Virus record (IMG/VR): IMGVR_UViG_3300008050_000025
Coordinates: 1-64,000 of that record
Length of the DNA: 64,000 nucleotides
Source: a virus
Direction: 5' to 3' (one strand)
The notes under the pieces are model-generated. The model did not search any database and had not been told where the DNA came from. It worked only from the letters and a program-made list of their open reading frames with translations. Every line of letters begins with the position of its first letter. Position 1 is the first letter of the stretch. A program made the translations under genes and the position numbers. This document shows positions 36,643 to 46,408 of the stretch, one piece after another.

Positions 36643-37909
36643 AAAGTATTAACCTGCCTACGTCATGCCTCACAGGAATAATCATATGAGCAGGGCCATT
36701 CCTACTCTTCATTACGAAGATTCTCATAAGCCCATTGGCTTTCTCTTCCTCCGTCTGGTTCAAGGATATCGCCAAGTCAACAACACGAATCTTACCATAA
36801 CAGTCTGCTAGTTCAGCGTCAGTAATGACGTTAACCTTCTTGGCTTCCCTGTTGGTCTGGGTCGCTGTCCAAATATGAACATCCTTTTCCACGGCCAAGC
36901 CCCTTAGAAGCTCAACAATATCTTGCTGGGCATCATACTTGCTTAGCATGTCGCTACTCATAATATCTAAGTAGTCAACGATAATAACATCAGGCTTGAA
37001 CCCTTCGTAGTTCTCTACCTGGGTAATGAACGCTCTAAGTTGTGCGACTGAGCATCCCCTAGTTGGAAACTGCCTAGACTTAATCTCCCCCATGTCTGGG
37101 TAGCGTTCCTTTACTTTCTTAAGCCTATCCTCAATCTCAGGTACTCTGAACTTTAGCTCGGCCATGGGGATTCGCGTCATAATACTATCGACACGTTTCT
37201 CAACCTTCTTCCTGTCCATTTCTAGTGAGATGAACAAGACATTGTGGCCCTGCTTTGCACTACGCACTGCTTGGTTAGCGAGGTACACAGACTTTCCTAC
37301 ACCAGGAGGAGCTACCACTAAGTAAACCTCTCCAGTGCTTCCCCCTCCACCCAAAGTTTCATCTAAGGTAGGGAATACTGTGCCGAACTCGCAGTCACCT
37401 TCGTCTTCCTCATTGTATCGGGATTGCAACCCTTCGAAGTAGTTAGAGCCAAGGTCAACCTGCCTCCCTACGTTCAGTGCATCTCTTACCCTGTTAACAA
37501 CAATTTCTAGACGACCGTTATTAATGTCCTCTACAGATTCAAGTACTGCCTGGGTCATGCTCTCCTTCTTAGCAAAGTCCTCCACCTTATTGATGTAGTA
37601 CTCAGTATCGGAGAACGACTGTACATCCAATGCGTTGACGAACTTAATCTCAGAACGGAACTCACCAAGAGTCTCCTTCTCAGCCTTAACTGCCTTGAAC
37701 TCTTCTACGAGTTGAGAGTCAGTGATAAGCTCTTTGTATTCGTGCCAATGATTTCTAGTCAGTTCATATATCTTTTGGTGCGCTCCTAGTTCGAAGTACT
37801 CAGGTTTTACCATAGTAACTACTTGTACTAAGAAGTCTTCGGAAGACTTACAGAGGTACAGAATAGCTCTTTGGATATTCTCTTCGAATGTATATGTAAT
37901 CGTCGTCAT
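36635..37909 (-). CDS. replicative DNA helicase (DnaB/gp41-like)
   Basis: APPGVGKS, ISLEM, IIVDYLD, TATQTNR, KSRNG. Confidence 0.93.
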   Translation of the reverse strand: MTTITYTFEENIQRAILYLCKSSEDFLVQVVTMVKPEYFELGAHQKIYELTRNHWHEYKELITDSQLVEEFKAVKAEKETLGEFRSEIKFVNALDVQSFSDTEYYINKVEDFAKKESMTQAVLESVEDINNGRLEIVVNRVRDALNVGRQVDLGSNYFEGLQSRYNEEDEGDCEFGTVFPTLDETLGGGGSTGEVYLVVAPPGVGKSVYLANQAVRSAKQGHNVLFISLEMDRKKVEKRVDSIMTRIPMAELKFRVPEIEDRLKKVKERYPDMGEIKSRQFPTRGCSVAQLRAFITQVENYEGFKPDVIIVDYLDIMSSDMLSKYDAQQDIVELLRGLAVEKDVHIWTATQTNREAKKVNVITDAELADCYGKIRVVDLAISLNQTEEEKANGLMRIFVMKSRNGPAHMIIPVRHDVGRLILFE

Positions 37910-38376
37910 TTACCTGTTGAGCCAAAGCCGCCTGTACCACGCACGTTCTCTGCGTGAACCTCAGAATCGAATTCAGACACCTTGGCCTCATACTCATCAT
38001 AGTCTTCGTGGGTGAAATACGTGACCTCTTTTGGTAACTTGCACAAAATCATTTGCGCCACCCGCGCTCCCTTCTTGAGCTTAAGCCCAGCAATGGAAGT
38101 GTTGAAGAGCCGCAGCTTAATCTCCCCCCGGTAATCAGAATCAATGATTCCAGGAGAGTTCGGGATGAGCATGTTCTTCCCCATAGAGCTGCGGAGTGTA
38201 ATCATAAAGTAGTACCCAGGAGGGCAAGCTACTTTTACACCTGTACCAACTAGTACAGTTGTCTTGGGCATGATTTCTAGGTCTTTGGTAATCCTCAGGT
38301 CAATCCCTGCGGAGCCAGGAGTCTTAGGGAAGAGGTCGTCTTCACCAAACTCACTGTACATTAAAATATTATCCAT
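37906..38376 (-). CDS. dut: trimeric dUTPase
   Basis: AGIDL, RSS, GIIDSDYRGE, AQ, RGTGGFGSTG. Confidence 0.95.
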   Translation of the reverse strand: MDNILMYSEFGEDDLFPKTPGSAGIDLRITKDLEIMPKTTVLVGTGVKVACPPGYYFMITLRSSMGKNMLIPNSPGIIDSDYRGEIKLRLFNTSIAGLKLKKGARVAQMILCKLPKEVTYFTHEDYDEYEAKVSEFDSEVHAENVRGTGGFGSTGK

Positions 38377-38893
38377 TAGGTCTGTGCCCTATCTTGTTTT
38401 GTTTTTCTTCATCAGTAAAGTCATCTGCTACAGAAGCAGCAACTTGATTAGCTCTCTCTTTTCTATCTCTGGCTTCCTTGTCGGAAACCTTCTTAACTCT
38501 GCCTTGGTCTTCCAAGACTTTAAAATCCATCTCAAACTGAGCGTAAGGAGAGATACCTTTCTTAAACTTCAAGGCCTCCTTTGTATTCTCAATCTCTTTC
38601 TCATACCACTCACGGGCGTAACCTTCATCAGTGCATCGGTTATCAGACTCCCTAGTACCACCAATAGTTTTAGTGTACCCTTCACTTACCGTACCTATGA
38701 GTTTCGACTTTGAAGCACAGTGAGGACAGACACCTTCATCTTCTGGATAATCTTTCGGAGGGCTTCCGTTCTCGTCGGAGCAATCCATAATGTAATGCCC
38801 ATCCTTATTAGTCTCGCTGCACCCGTACCTCTTCAAAGGGTCTTCACCAAAGCAATAGAATCTAAACTTCTTGTACTTGTCTACGTTTCTCAT
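38369..38893 (-). CDS. zinc-ribbon hypothetical protein
   Basis: Cys pairs including CPHC. Confidence 0.7.
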   Translation of the reverse strand: MRNVDKYKKFRFYCFGEDPLKRYGCSETNKDGHYIMDCSDENGSPPKDYPEDEGVCPHCASKSKLIGTVSEGYTKTIGGTRESDNRCTDEGYAREWYEKEIENTKEALKFKKGISPYAQFEMDFKVLEDQGRVKKVSDKEARDRKERANQVAASVADDFTDEEKQNKIGHRPNG

Positions 38894-41751
38894 ATCTCAC
38901 AAACCCCTGACTTACATGTGTCAACAGATTCTGTCAGTATCTCCAACTTGTTCTCAGCAATAAGTACATCCAGGTCTAGTGTGGAATGGTCAATGGCTTC
39001 CAGAGGTTCGTTGCCTCTACTACCAGCCTTATAAAACGTGAGGCCCTTCATCTCTCCGATTCCTCCAAGCACCATTTCAGATAGCTCCGCAGAATACTGT
39101 GCTGTGCTAGGAAGATTACAAGTCTTAGAGATTGCAGCATCAATCTTTGACTGAATGGCTACTTGCATCTTGATATGCTCCTCTGGTGTTACATCATATG
39201 CTCCTACGATATGGCTCACATCTCTCCCCTCCAAGAACATTTTCTTGAACAACGGGTCGATAACTAAAGCCTCATTATACACATCCTCAGTTCCTGTCTT
39301 CCACCTTCGCTTATACACAGGGGAGAAGATTGGTTCGATGCCTGTGGAAACTCCCACCACCATTGCCACTGTGCCTGTTGGAGCTACTGTCAACAATGAA
39401 GCATTGCGAAGACCGTTCTTCTTAATGTCTGACCTGATACGTGCAGGAAGAGTTTTCATAAACTGCTCATCCTTTAGCTTTCTCCAATCATATGCTTCGA
39501 AAGAGCCTTTCTCACGGGCAAGATACATGGAAGCCTTGTACGCTTCGTTGCGGAAGGTTTCGAATAGCCTCTCTGTAAACTCAATACATGACTCGGAACC
39601 ATACCTGTACCCTGCTTTGATTAGGAACGTGGCAAAGCCTAGAACTCCTAGACCAATGCGTCGGCTCCTATGACCTACCTCTCTGCACTCTTCGATAGGG
39701 AAGGTGTTTACCTCAAGGATGTCGTCCAGATATCTCACGCCCAACCTAATTGTACGAGCGATTCTTCTCCAATCAATCACACCCTCATCAGATACCATAT
39801 TTGCTAGGTTGACATGTCCCAAGCAACAGTTACCAAATGCTGGTAGAGGTTGCTCTCCACAATTCTTAACGCAAATCCCAGAAGACTTAACGTACTTCCC
39901 GTCACCATGAGAAGTAATAACGTGATAGTTATGGTTATCGTCTACCGTAATGTTGTACACATCCTGAGTTCCAACTTCCTCCACACTCACTACTTTATGG
40001 TTGCCAATCACCAAACTTTTGAACGCCGAGAAGGAAGTGAACCTACATTTCCGATTTACAGAAATAGGGAGACCTTTCTTTATAGCGTATCTCTGCCACA
40101 ACTTCTTAGTGAACTTTCCTTCATTGGCGAACACTTTTCTACCATGACCTACCAGCTCATCGTTAGAGACATCCTTCCAGCGACCATTATCCTCTCCTGT
40201 ATGGGTGGCAAAAGAAACCTTCCATTCGTCCGTCATCTTATGGTAGGGGTTATCCTTGCCTTTCATCTTTTCTGCATGAAGTTGTCTATGCTCACCATGA
40301 GGCATCGCTTGCAAATTATCCATACTGTCGTTCAGACTATTACAATCTATATGATGGATAGCAGTTGTCTTCGGGTCAACGTTTATCCCGTTAAACTCCG
40401 CCATAACCCTGTATTGCCTACGGTTTCTCCGAGCACCTCCGGTCATTTTTGCTCCAACATTAGAAATCTGCCGATAACCATTGCTGTTAAAACTATTCCA
40501 TGGGAAGACACTTTGCCCTTCATGCAAATCAGAAAGATTTACATATTCCAATTCCTTTGTAAGAATCTTATGGTTAGGGGTCGCAATTAGTACAGAGCCA
40601 TCATCTAAAGTTAACTTCCATACCTTACTACCCTGCCCTGTCATACGTGGGTTTCGGCCCATCTTAATCTCTACCTGACCAGTGGTTAGATTAGTAGAAT
40701 ACACGGGAACGTCCTCACCTTTATCAGCAAGCTCTTTAATACTTACACCATTCCGACCATCAGCAACAGCAATAATGCTGTCTCCTGCAACACACGGGTT
40801 AGTGCTATTGAGTGTTTCAAAGTAACTTACATTATTGAACTGGTTTGTGTAGTCTAGGTTAAAGATTCCAGGCTCACCGCACTCCACGGCGTTCCTTAGG
40901 ATTCTGTCCCACAACTCCTTGGCTTTCAGGGGAACCTTCACAGCCTCAGAGAAGGTGTCTGACGGCGTTAGAAGGTGGAAGGCACTTGCCACACCTAATG
41001 CATCCTCTTCGCTCTTAGCGATGACCTTGACGTTATCTACGCCCTGTTCTGACTCTCTTCTCACAGAGTACTGGTCATACCTTACGTGTCTACCCCCAAA
41101 AGTGAAGTACCAATCCTCGTTGTTCTCCACAGCTTCCAAGAATCTATCAGATACTCCCACTGAGATATTAAAGTTCGTAAGCTCATGCCTATCCAGCTTA
41201 GCATCTAAGAACTCCATAAAGTCTGGGTGAGATACGTTAAGGATTGCGATGAGGGCGGTTCTTCTACTCTTCCCTGCCTTTACGTGCGACCCAATCTCAT
41301 TAATCATCTTCATTGTTGAGATAGAGCCGGGAGCAGAGAACGGAATGTTCTGAATGCTATCCCCTTTGGGTCGGATGTTTGAGTAATTAAACCCAATGCC
41401 CCCACCTGAGCAAGCAATCTTGTACATGTCCTGAATCATCTTGCCAATACTGGCTACTGAATCGTCAGGCTCAAGGACATAGCAGTTAAGCATGTTGTAG
41501 TTCGGCCTTCCTGCACCAAACAAAATACGCCCCCCAGGAACTAGGTCGGCACTATTGATTGCATCGTAGAATTTCTTTTCCCACTTCGGCTGCTCTTTAA
41601 TGTCTTCTACAACGGATGCTTGCTTTGCTGCCCTACGGGAAACCTCACTCCAGGTGCTCTCCCCAGGGAAGAAGTACTTGAGCTTAGCTATGTCTTCGTG
41701 AATTGTTCCTTCGGGAATCACGTATCCCGGTACAGCAGGCCTATTCCCCAT
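38890..41751 (-). CDS. nrdJ: ribonucleotide reductase, class II (B12-dependent)-like, intein-containing
   Basis: PGGRIL, NCYV, TNP/CGEQPL, CCLGHVNL, RRIGLG, VAPTGT, GIEP, ISKTCN, C-terminal CKSGVC; no nrdB nearby. Confidence 0.88.
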   Translation of the reverse strand: MGNRPAVPGYVIPEGTIHEDIAKLKYFFPGESTWSEVSRRAAKQASVVEDIKEQPKWEKKFYDAINSADLVPGGRILFGAGRPNYNMLNCYVLEPDDSVASIGKMIQDMYKIACSGGGIGFNYSNIRPKGDSIQNIPFSAPGSISTMKMINEIGSHVKAGKSRRTALIAILNVSHPDFMEFLDAKLDRHELTNFNISVGVSDRFLEAVENNEDWYFTFGGRHVRYDQYSVRRESEQGVDNVKVIAKSEEDALGVASAFHLLTPSDTFSEAVKVPLKAKELWDRILRNAVECGEPGIFNLDYTNQFNNVSYFETLNSTNPCVAGDSIIAVADGRNGVSIKELADKGEDVPVYSTNLTTGQVEIKMGRNPRMTGQGSKVWKLTLDDGSVLIATPNHKILTKELEYVNLSDLHEGQSVFPWNSFNSNGYRQISNVGAKMTGGARRNRRQYRVMAEFNGINVDPKTTAIHHIDCNSLNDSMDNLQAMPHGEHRQLHAEKMKGKDNPYHKMTDEWKVSFATHTGEDNGRWKDVSNDELVGHGRKVFANEGKFTKKLWQRYAIKKGLPISVNRKCRFTSFSAFKSLVIGNHKVVSVEEVGTQDVYNITVDDNHNYHVITSHGDGKYVKSSGICVKNCGEQPLPAFGNCCLGHVNLANMVSDEGVIDWRRIARTIRLGVRYLDDILEVNTFPIEECREVGHRSRRIGLGVLGFATFLIKAGYRYGSESCIEFTERLFETFRNEAYKASMYLAREKGSFEAYDWRKLKDEQFMKTLPARIRSDIKKNGLRNASLLTVAPTGTVAMVVGVSTGIEPIFSPVYKRRWKTGTEDVYNEALVIDPLFKKMFLEGRDVSHIVGAYDVTPEEHIKMQVAIQSKIDAAISKTCNLPSTAQYSAELSEMVLGGIGEMKGLTFYKAGSRGNEPLEAIDHSTLDLDVLIAENKLEILTESVDTCKSGVCEI
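39862..40794 (-). mobile_element. intein (311 aa) with HNH homing endonuclease at the RNR active site
   Basis: NP|CVAGDS...ATPNH...VYNITVDDNHNY...CVKN|CGEQ; internal HHIDCNSLNDSMDNL. Confidence 0.92.
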
Positions 41752-42031
41752 CTCTAATTACAATCTGAATATCCGACTCGTACACAACAACTCTGTCATC
41801 TCCTAGCCCACTAATCTCTTGGGCGGCATGTTGCGCGTAAGCAACCATATCTCCTTCCCGAACTTCGTCAGACACCTTTTGCCCAACACTAATAATCAAA
41901 CCTCTGTTCAACTTCTTTCCTGTTAATGAATCGGGCATAACAATCCCGCTACTTGTCTCAGGGAGTTCATCCCCTACTGTGATGGGTTGGATTAAAACTC
42001 TTTCCCCTACCGCTAGTACTTCTAATGCCAT
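41741..42031 (-). CDS. groES: GroES/Cpn10 co-chaperonin
   Basis: ERVLI, TSSGIVMP, VG..V.EGD.V, ESDI. Confidence 0.85.
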   Translation of the reverse strand: MALEVLAVGERVLIQPITVGDELPETSSGIVMPDSLTGKKLNRGLIISVGQKVSDEVREGDMVAYAQHAAQEISGLGDDRVVVYESDIQIVIRDGE

Positions 42032-42159
42032 GTGTAATATTTACCTTCTATGATGTGTGGGAGGTGTCCGTTTTTGAACAATTTATCAAAATCCTACAAA
42101 CTCCCACACTTATAATAGGTTGCGCCCATCGAAAGTTAGAGCGTAATGTTTGTAAACCT

Positions 42160-43776
42160 TTAGTTTGTAACGTGTAGTGAGGTTACACCGCCTTTCTTTA
42201 CCACTGTGATTTTCTCAGACGTATCTACCAGCAGTGAAGTTAGGTACTCGTTGTGCGTAATGATGAACAACTTTTTATCAGGAGACTGTGCGCGAACCAA
42301 ATCGAACAAGCACTGAACACCTTCGTCATCTAGGGAGTCTGCAATCTCATCAAAGAAGATAATGTTAGACCTTTCCTTTCCAGACAGTGCCAGCAAATCA
42401 TTCAATGCTAGCATGACAGATAAGGATACCCTCTTCTTCTCCCCTCCTGACATCGTACCATAAGAAACCTCACCTCCTTGATTAATAACAGTCTCCTCTA
42501 ACACATCATTAAACTCAAGAGTAATATTTCCATTAGACATTGTATTCAAGTAATAGTTGACACGATTGTTAAAGAACACAAGGATGTTCCTAATGACATA
42601 CTTAATCAAGCCATGCTCCGAGAAGGCATCCTCCCAGAAGCGCATAAGGCTATAATTTCTCTGAGCATTCATCACTGCGTCATTATGAATCTCCGACTGC
42701 TTCACATGAGAATTCATATCCTTTGTGTGCAATTCAATTTCCTTATCAAAGTCCTTAATAGATTGAATGCTTTGAAAGTCATCTGATGAGATTGGTATTG
42801 CAGACAGGTCAAGAGTCTCAACCATCTTGCTAACCTCTTTCCTAACATCAGGAATTGTAAGTTGCAAGAACTTAATCTCCTTCTCAAGTTTAACGTATCT
42901 CTGCTGAACGTATGAAGACCTTTCCCCACAGTTCTCACAAGCTAAACCTTTCAACTCTTCGAATTCCCCTTTGTATTTTTTCAAAGTGGCCACAGCATTC
43001 GAAAGGTTAACTTGCTTCGACCTAATCTCAAGGTCAAGTTCATGATTGTCTTTCTCCATCTGCTGAATGTCAGCGAGGGAATACTTCTCAATGAACTCCT
43101 TCTTCTCCTTAGTTAGAAGCGCATTGGCTTCCGCTTTGCTATCCCTAGCTTCACCTATTTTAAGGCTAGCACTATTAGTAGCTTCATACGAAACATCTGC
43201 TAACGTCTGAGCTACTTTAGTTTCTGCTTGAAACTGGGACTTGAGTGCCTTAATTGTGTGCCTGTTCTTAAAGATAGAAGATGCATTAAGGAAGCTCTGG
43301 AGAATCTGTCTCTTATCTTCTGGTGTGGCAGTCAGGAAACTCATCTCATTCTGTTGACCAAATACCATTGAAGCTAGGAACACCTTCTTATTGATGTTTA
43401 GATGCTTCTCCAACATGGCCTGGGTCTCAGCCATGGAGCCGCCAATGTGGTCAGCGCCATTAACGGAAACGTGCAGCTTGTTAGGGCCTTTAGACCTAGA
43501 GATTACCGTGTCTCCGTTCACCCACAGCTTAACCAAACACTTTCCTTTAGTGCGAGTGTTCTTTAAGGTTTTCTCCGAAGACTTCCGCAAGGTCTTTCCA
43601 AACAGTGCGAAGTAAATAGCCTCAATCAAAGTGCTCTTGCCAGAGCCATTGGACCCTTTCTTTAAAGTGTCCTCATTGATTCCTTTGATGGATGTAATGT
43701 TTCCAAGGGTATCAAAGTTAAGGTAAATCTTACCAGCCGACAGGAAGTTATTAATCTCAATAGAATTTAGAATCAT
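42160..43776 (-). CDS. SbcC/Rad50-like recombination ATPase (gp46)
   Basis: NGSGKS, coiled coil with CENC hook, SGGE, FFDE..LD, ITH. Confidence 0.93.
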   Translation of the reverse strand: MILNSIEINNFLSAGKIYLNFDTLGNITSIKGINEDTLKKGSNGSGKSTLIEAIYFALFGKTLRKSSEKTLKNTRTKGKCLVKLWVNGDTVISRSKGPNKLHVSVNGADHIGGSMAETQAMLEKHLNINKKVFLASMVFGQQNEMSFLTATPEDKRQILQSFLNASSIFKNRHTIKALKSQFQAETKVAQTLADVSYEATNSASLKIGEARDSKAEANALLTKEKKEFIEKYSLADIQQMEKDNHELDLEIRSKQVNLSNAVATLKKYKGEFEELKGLACENCGERSSYVQQRYVKLEKEIKFLQLTIPDVRKEVSKMVETLDLSAIPISSDDFQSIQSIKDFDKEIELHTKDMNSHVKQSEIHNDAVMNAQRNYSLMRFWEDAFSEHGLIKYVIRNILVFFNNRVNYYLNTMSNGNITLEFNDVLEETVINQGGEVSYGTMSGGEKKRVSLSVMLALNDLLALSGKERSNIIFFDEIADSLDDEGVQCLFDLVRAQSPDKKLFIITHNEYLTSLLVDTSEKITVVKKGGVTSLHVTN

Positions 43777-44789
43777 TGACCTTGGATTAGTTTAAGAGCA
43801 TCCATAAGCTCAGTCTTATTGAATATTGTATCAGTGTCAGTAATGTACTGTTCAATCATTGCATCATCAAAAGCCAAGACAGAGCCTTGCATGTTCCTAG
43901 CAACACCTGCCTTTTGAAATACATCTTCAAACACTACGTCCATGTGGGCCAAGTCGTATCGCTTAGTAATGTCTTCCTTTATCTGCTTCTCAGCAAACGT
44001 GTCCAACGTGTCCACCTTAATCCTTAGGATAGTAAAGAAGTCTTTGAACTTGTGCTTCTTGTCAAGCGCAGCAATCTCATCAAGCTTTCCAACAATATGT
44101 TTAATGCCCGTATTGATTTGAGACTTCACAACCTCTACCTTTCCATCAGAGATAAGCAGTTCATGAATGTACTTAGTGGTATTGGCTTCACCAAAACTAG
44201 TGGCGTACTGTGTGCCTAGTACATAAACGTTCTCACCATACTTGTATGGTTTGTGAATGTGCCCCAAGAGCGTAAGCCTGTCTTCAAAATGATTCTTCCT
44301 TACAACAGAGTCATAAGTATAGCCTTTCCTAACAAGGCTTCCATTGAAACCAAAGTGTCCGAAGATTGGAAGTGGTGCTGTCTTTTTGATGTCTTGAATA
44401 ATTCTATCCTCATCATCGTAATGAGGAATGATTGCAAACTCAACCCCACCAATAGCAACTACTTCTGTGTCAGATACAACCTTTACCCTATCTGCTTCAA
44501 ACAGCGACAAAGATGTGTCAGACGCGCCATTACGGACGAGAGTGTCGTGATTACCACGGTTAATAATGATTTGCTTTGCTTTGATTCCATCCAACAACTT
44601 TTGGAACGCAAGAAGCTCTCTCCCTTTCGGGTTTCTACTGTGAAAGATGTCTCCATTGATTACAACAGTGTGAGCTAGTTTCCTATTAGCATAATACAAA
44701 AGGGTTTCCACTTGCTTGTCAAGGTATCCGTAAAGATAGTTTGAACGCAGGTGGAGGTCAGTTAAAACTACTACTCTATGCTGCGACAT
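43773..44789 (-). CDS. SbcD/Mre11-like nuclease (gp47)
   Basis: TDLH, NGDIF, GNHD, GHF, GHIH. Confidence 0.92.
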   Translation of the reverse strand: MSQHRVVVLTDLHLRSNYLYGYLDKQVETLLYYANRKLAHTVVINGDIFHSRNPKGRELLAFQKLLDGIKAKQIIINRGNHDTLVRNGASDTSLSLFEADRVKVVSDTEVVAIGGVEFAIIPHYDDEDRIIQDIKKTAPLPIFGHFGFNGSLVRKGYTYDSVVRKNHFEDRLTLLGHIHKPYKYGENVYVLGTQYATSFGEANTTKYIHELLISDGKVEVVKSQINTGIKHIVGKLDEIAALDKKHKFKDFFTILRIKVDTLDTFAEKQIKEDITKRYDLAHMDVVFEDVFQKAGVARNMQGSVLAFDDAMIEQYITDTDTIFNKTELMDALKLIQGQ

Positions 44790-46407
44790 TTTTGTTATAG
44801 TATTCCATAATCTGTTCTTTATTTAGTACCTTGTAACTGGCATCTTGCTCAACTTCTACGCCACTTCCAAAGGAAACCCCAGCCTCCATGTCTACTTTGA
44901 AGGGTACATCAAATGTCCACCCGTAAAGACCTTTTAGATAACTAAGGTCTGCCATGCAGTAATGCATCAGACTGATTGCCTTATGGTAACTTTCCACAGG
45001 AGCTTGAATCTCTAAGGAGTCATGTACTGTTGCTACTAGGTCCAATTCGATACCGTGCGTTTGCGACAAAGTGTGAACTCTCCAAATTGAATGAAGCATA
45101 AGGTCAGACGCAGAACTCTGAATAACAAAGTTTACACCTTGACGTAAAGCTCTCTCTTGGAAAGCTCTCTTAGGGCTATTAACGTTAGGAAGCCTACGAC
45201 GACGACCGAAGAGACTGGTGGCGTAACCTGTTCTCTTAATCTCTGCTCTTGTAGCTTCAATCCACTTTGGAACTCCTGGGAATGCCTTGAAGTACTTACT
45301 AAAGATTTCTTTGCAGAACGTCACCGACTTCTTAATACTAGCAGCAAGCTTGGTAGGTCCACCGCCGTAAACGATAAGGAACGTCACGCTCTTAGAGATT
45401 TGTCTCTCCTGAGCAGTAATCTTATTGATTGGCTTCTTGAAAATCAGAGAAGCTGTAAACTTGTGCAAGTCTTCCCCAGACTCAAACGCAGCGATTAGGT
45501 TCTTGTCTTGAGAGCAGTGAGCTAGTACCCTAACTTCTGCTGCACTGTAGTCTCCTGAGATGAATACCTTTCCCTTATCAGCACCCATAATACTACGCAA
45601 GTTAACGTGCATAGCTTGTGGGTCTTCATCTTCATCAGGTCTTGGAAGTGTGTGAAAAGATACACCCTTGTTGTACTTCCTGTTAACCATAGAGCCAGCC
45701 TTCTTTCCAGGCTCAAGCTTCTTAACGTTATAAGACGAGTTAGAAAGTCTTCCTGTCTTGGTTACTGAAAAGTTGTATTGGGAATAAATCCTGCCGTCCT
45801 GGTTATACTTAAGAGCCTTAGCCACGCCGTAAACATAATCATTCCTCTGCTTAACCCTCTTCTTCCACTCTAAGTAAGTGTCAATGAACTCAGCACCAAG
45901 AATTTCCTTAGGCGTAGACTTCGCTTTTGAATACACATCGTCCCTAATCCTTTTCAAATTCTCTTGGTTAATCTTAGGAAGCTGTGATGCAGCGTTCCAC
46001 TCTTGAGGGGTTAGCCCAAAACCAGAATTACCTTTGTCGTCCTCTTCATCTGTAAACAGAATCTCAATAACCCCGTGAGGCTTGTACTCAACATTAGGTA
46101 AAGGGTTCTGCCTGTCTAAGATGCCGCGCAACCTATCAATCTCTTTTGTAAGCTGCTCCTCCAGAACCTTAACGTGGTCAGTGTTAGCCTTGATGCCACG
46201 TCGCTCCATATCTCCTACAATAAGGATGACTTCGCTGAGAACTTTATCATATGCCTCAGTAACGCCATCGGCTGTCATACCTAATCTAATCTTCTCCTCT
46301 AGGTGCAACGTGTAGTTGCAATCCATAGCGCAGCCCAAGGCCAGCTTCTCCATCGGGACATTGGCCCAATCAGTTTTGGAGGCATCTTCTCCTTTAATGT
46401 TTAACAT
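44776..46407 (-). CDS. family A DNA polymerase, C-terminal part (ExoIII plus polymerase)
   Basis: TKTGRLS, DYSAAEVRVLA, RQISKSVTFLIVYG, QSSASD, VHDS. Confidence 0.93.
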   Translation of the reverse strand: MLNIKGEDASKTDWANVPMEKLALGCAMDCNYTLHLEEKIRLGMTADGVTEAYDKVLSEVILIVGDMERRGIKANTDHVKVLEEQLTKEIDRLRGILDRQNPLPNVEYKPHGVIEILFTDEEDDKGNSGFGLTPQEWNAASQLPKINQENLKRIRDDVYSKAKSTPKEILGAEFIDTYLEWKKRVKQRNDYVYGVAKALKYNQDGRIYSQYNFSVTKTGRLSNSSYNVKKLEPGKKAGSMVNRKYNKGVSFHTLPRPDEDEDPQAMHVNLRSIMGADKGKVFISGDYSAAEVRVLAHCSQDKNLIAAFESGEDLHKFTASLIFKKPINKITAQERQISKSVTFLIVYGGGPTKLAASIKKSVTFCKEIFSKYFKAFPGVPKWIEATRAEIKRTGYATSLFGRRRRLPNVNSPKRAFQERALRQGVNFVIQSSASDLMLHSIWRVHTLSQTHGIELDLVATVHDSLEIQAPVESYHKAISLMHYCMADLSYLKGLYGWTFDVPFKVDMEAGVSFGSGVEVEQDASYKVLNKEQIMEYYNKNVAA

Positions 46408-46408
46408 A

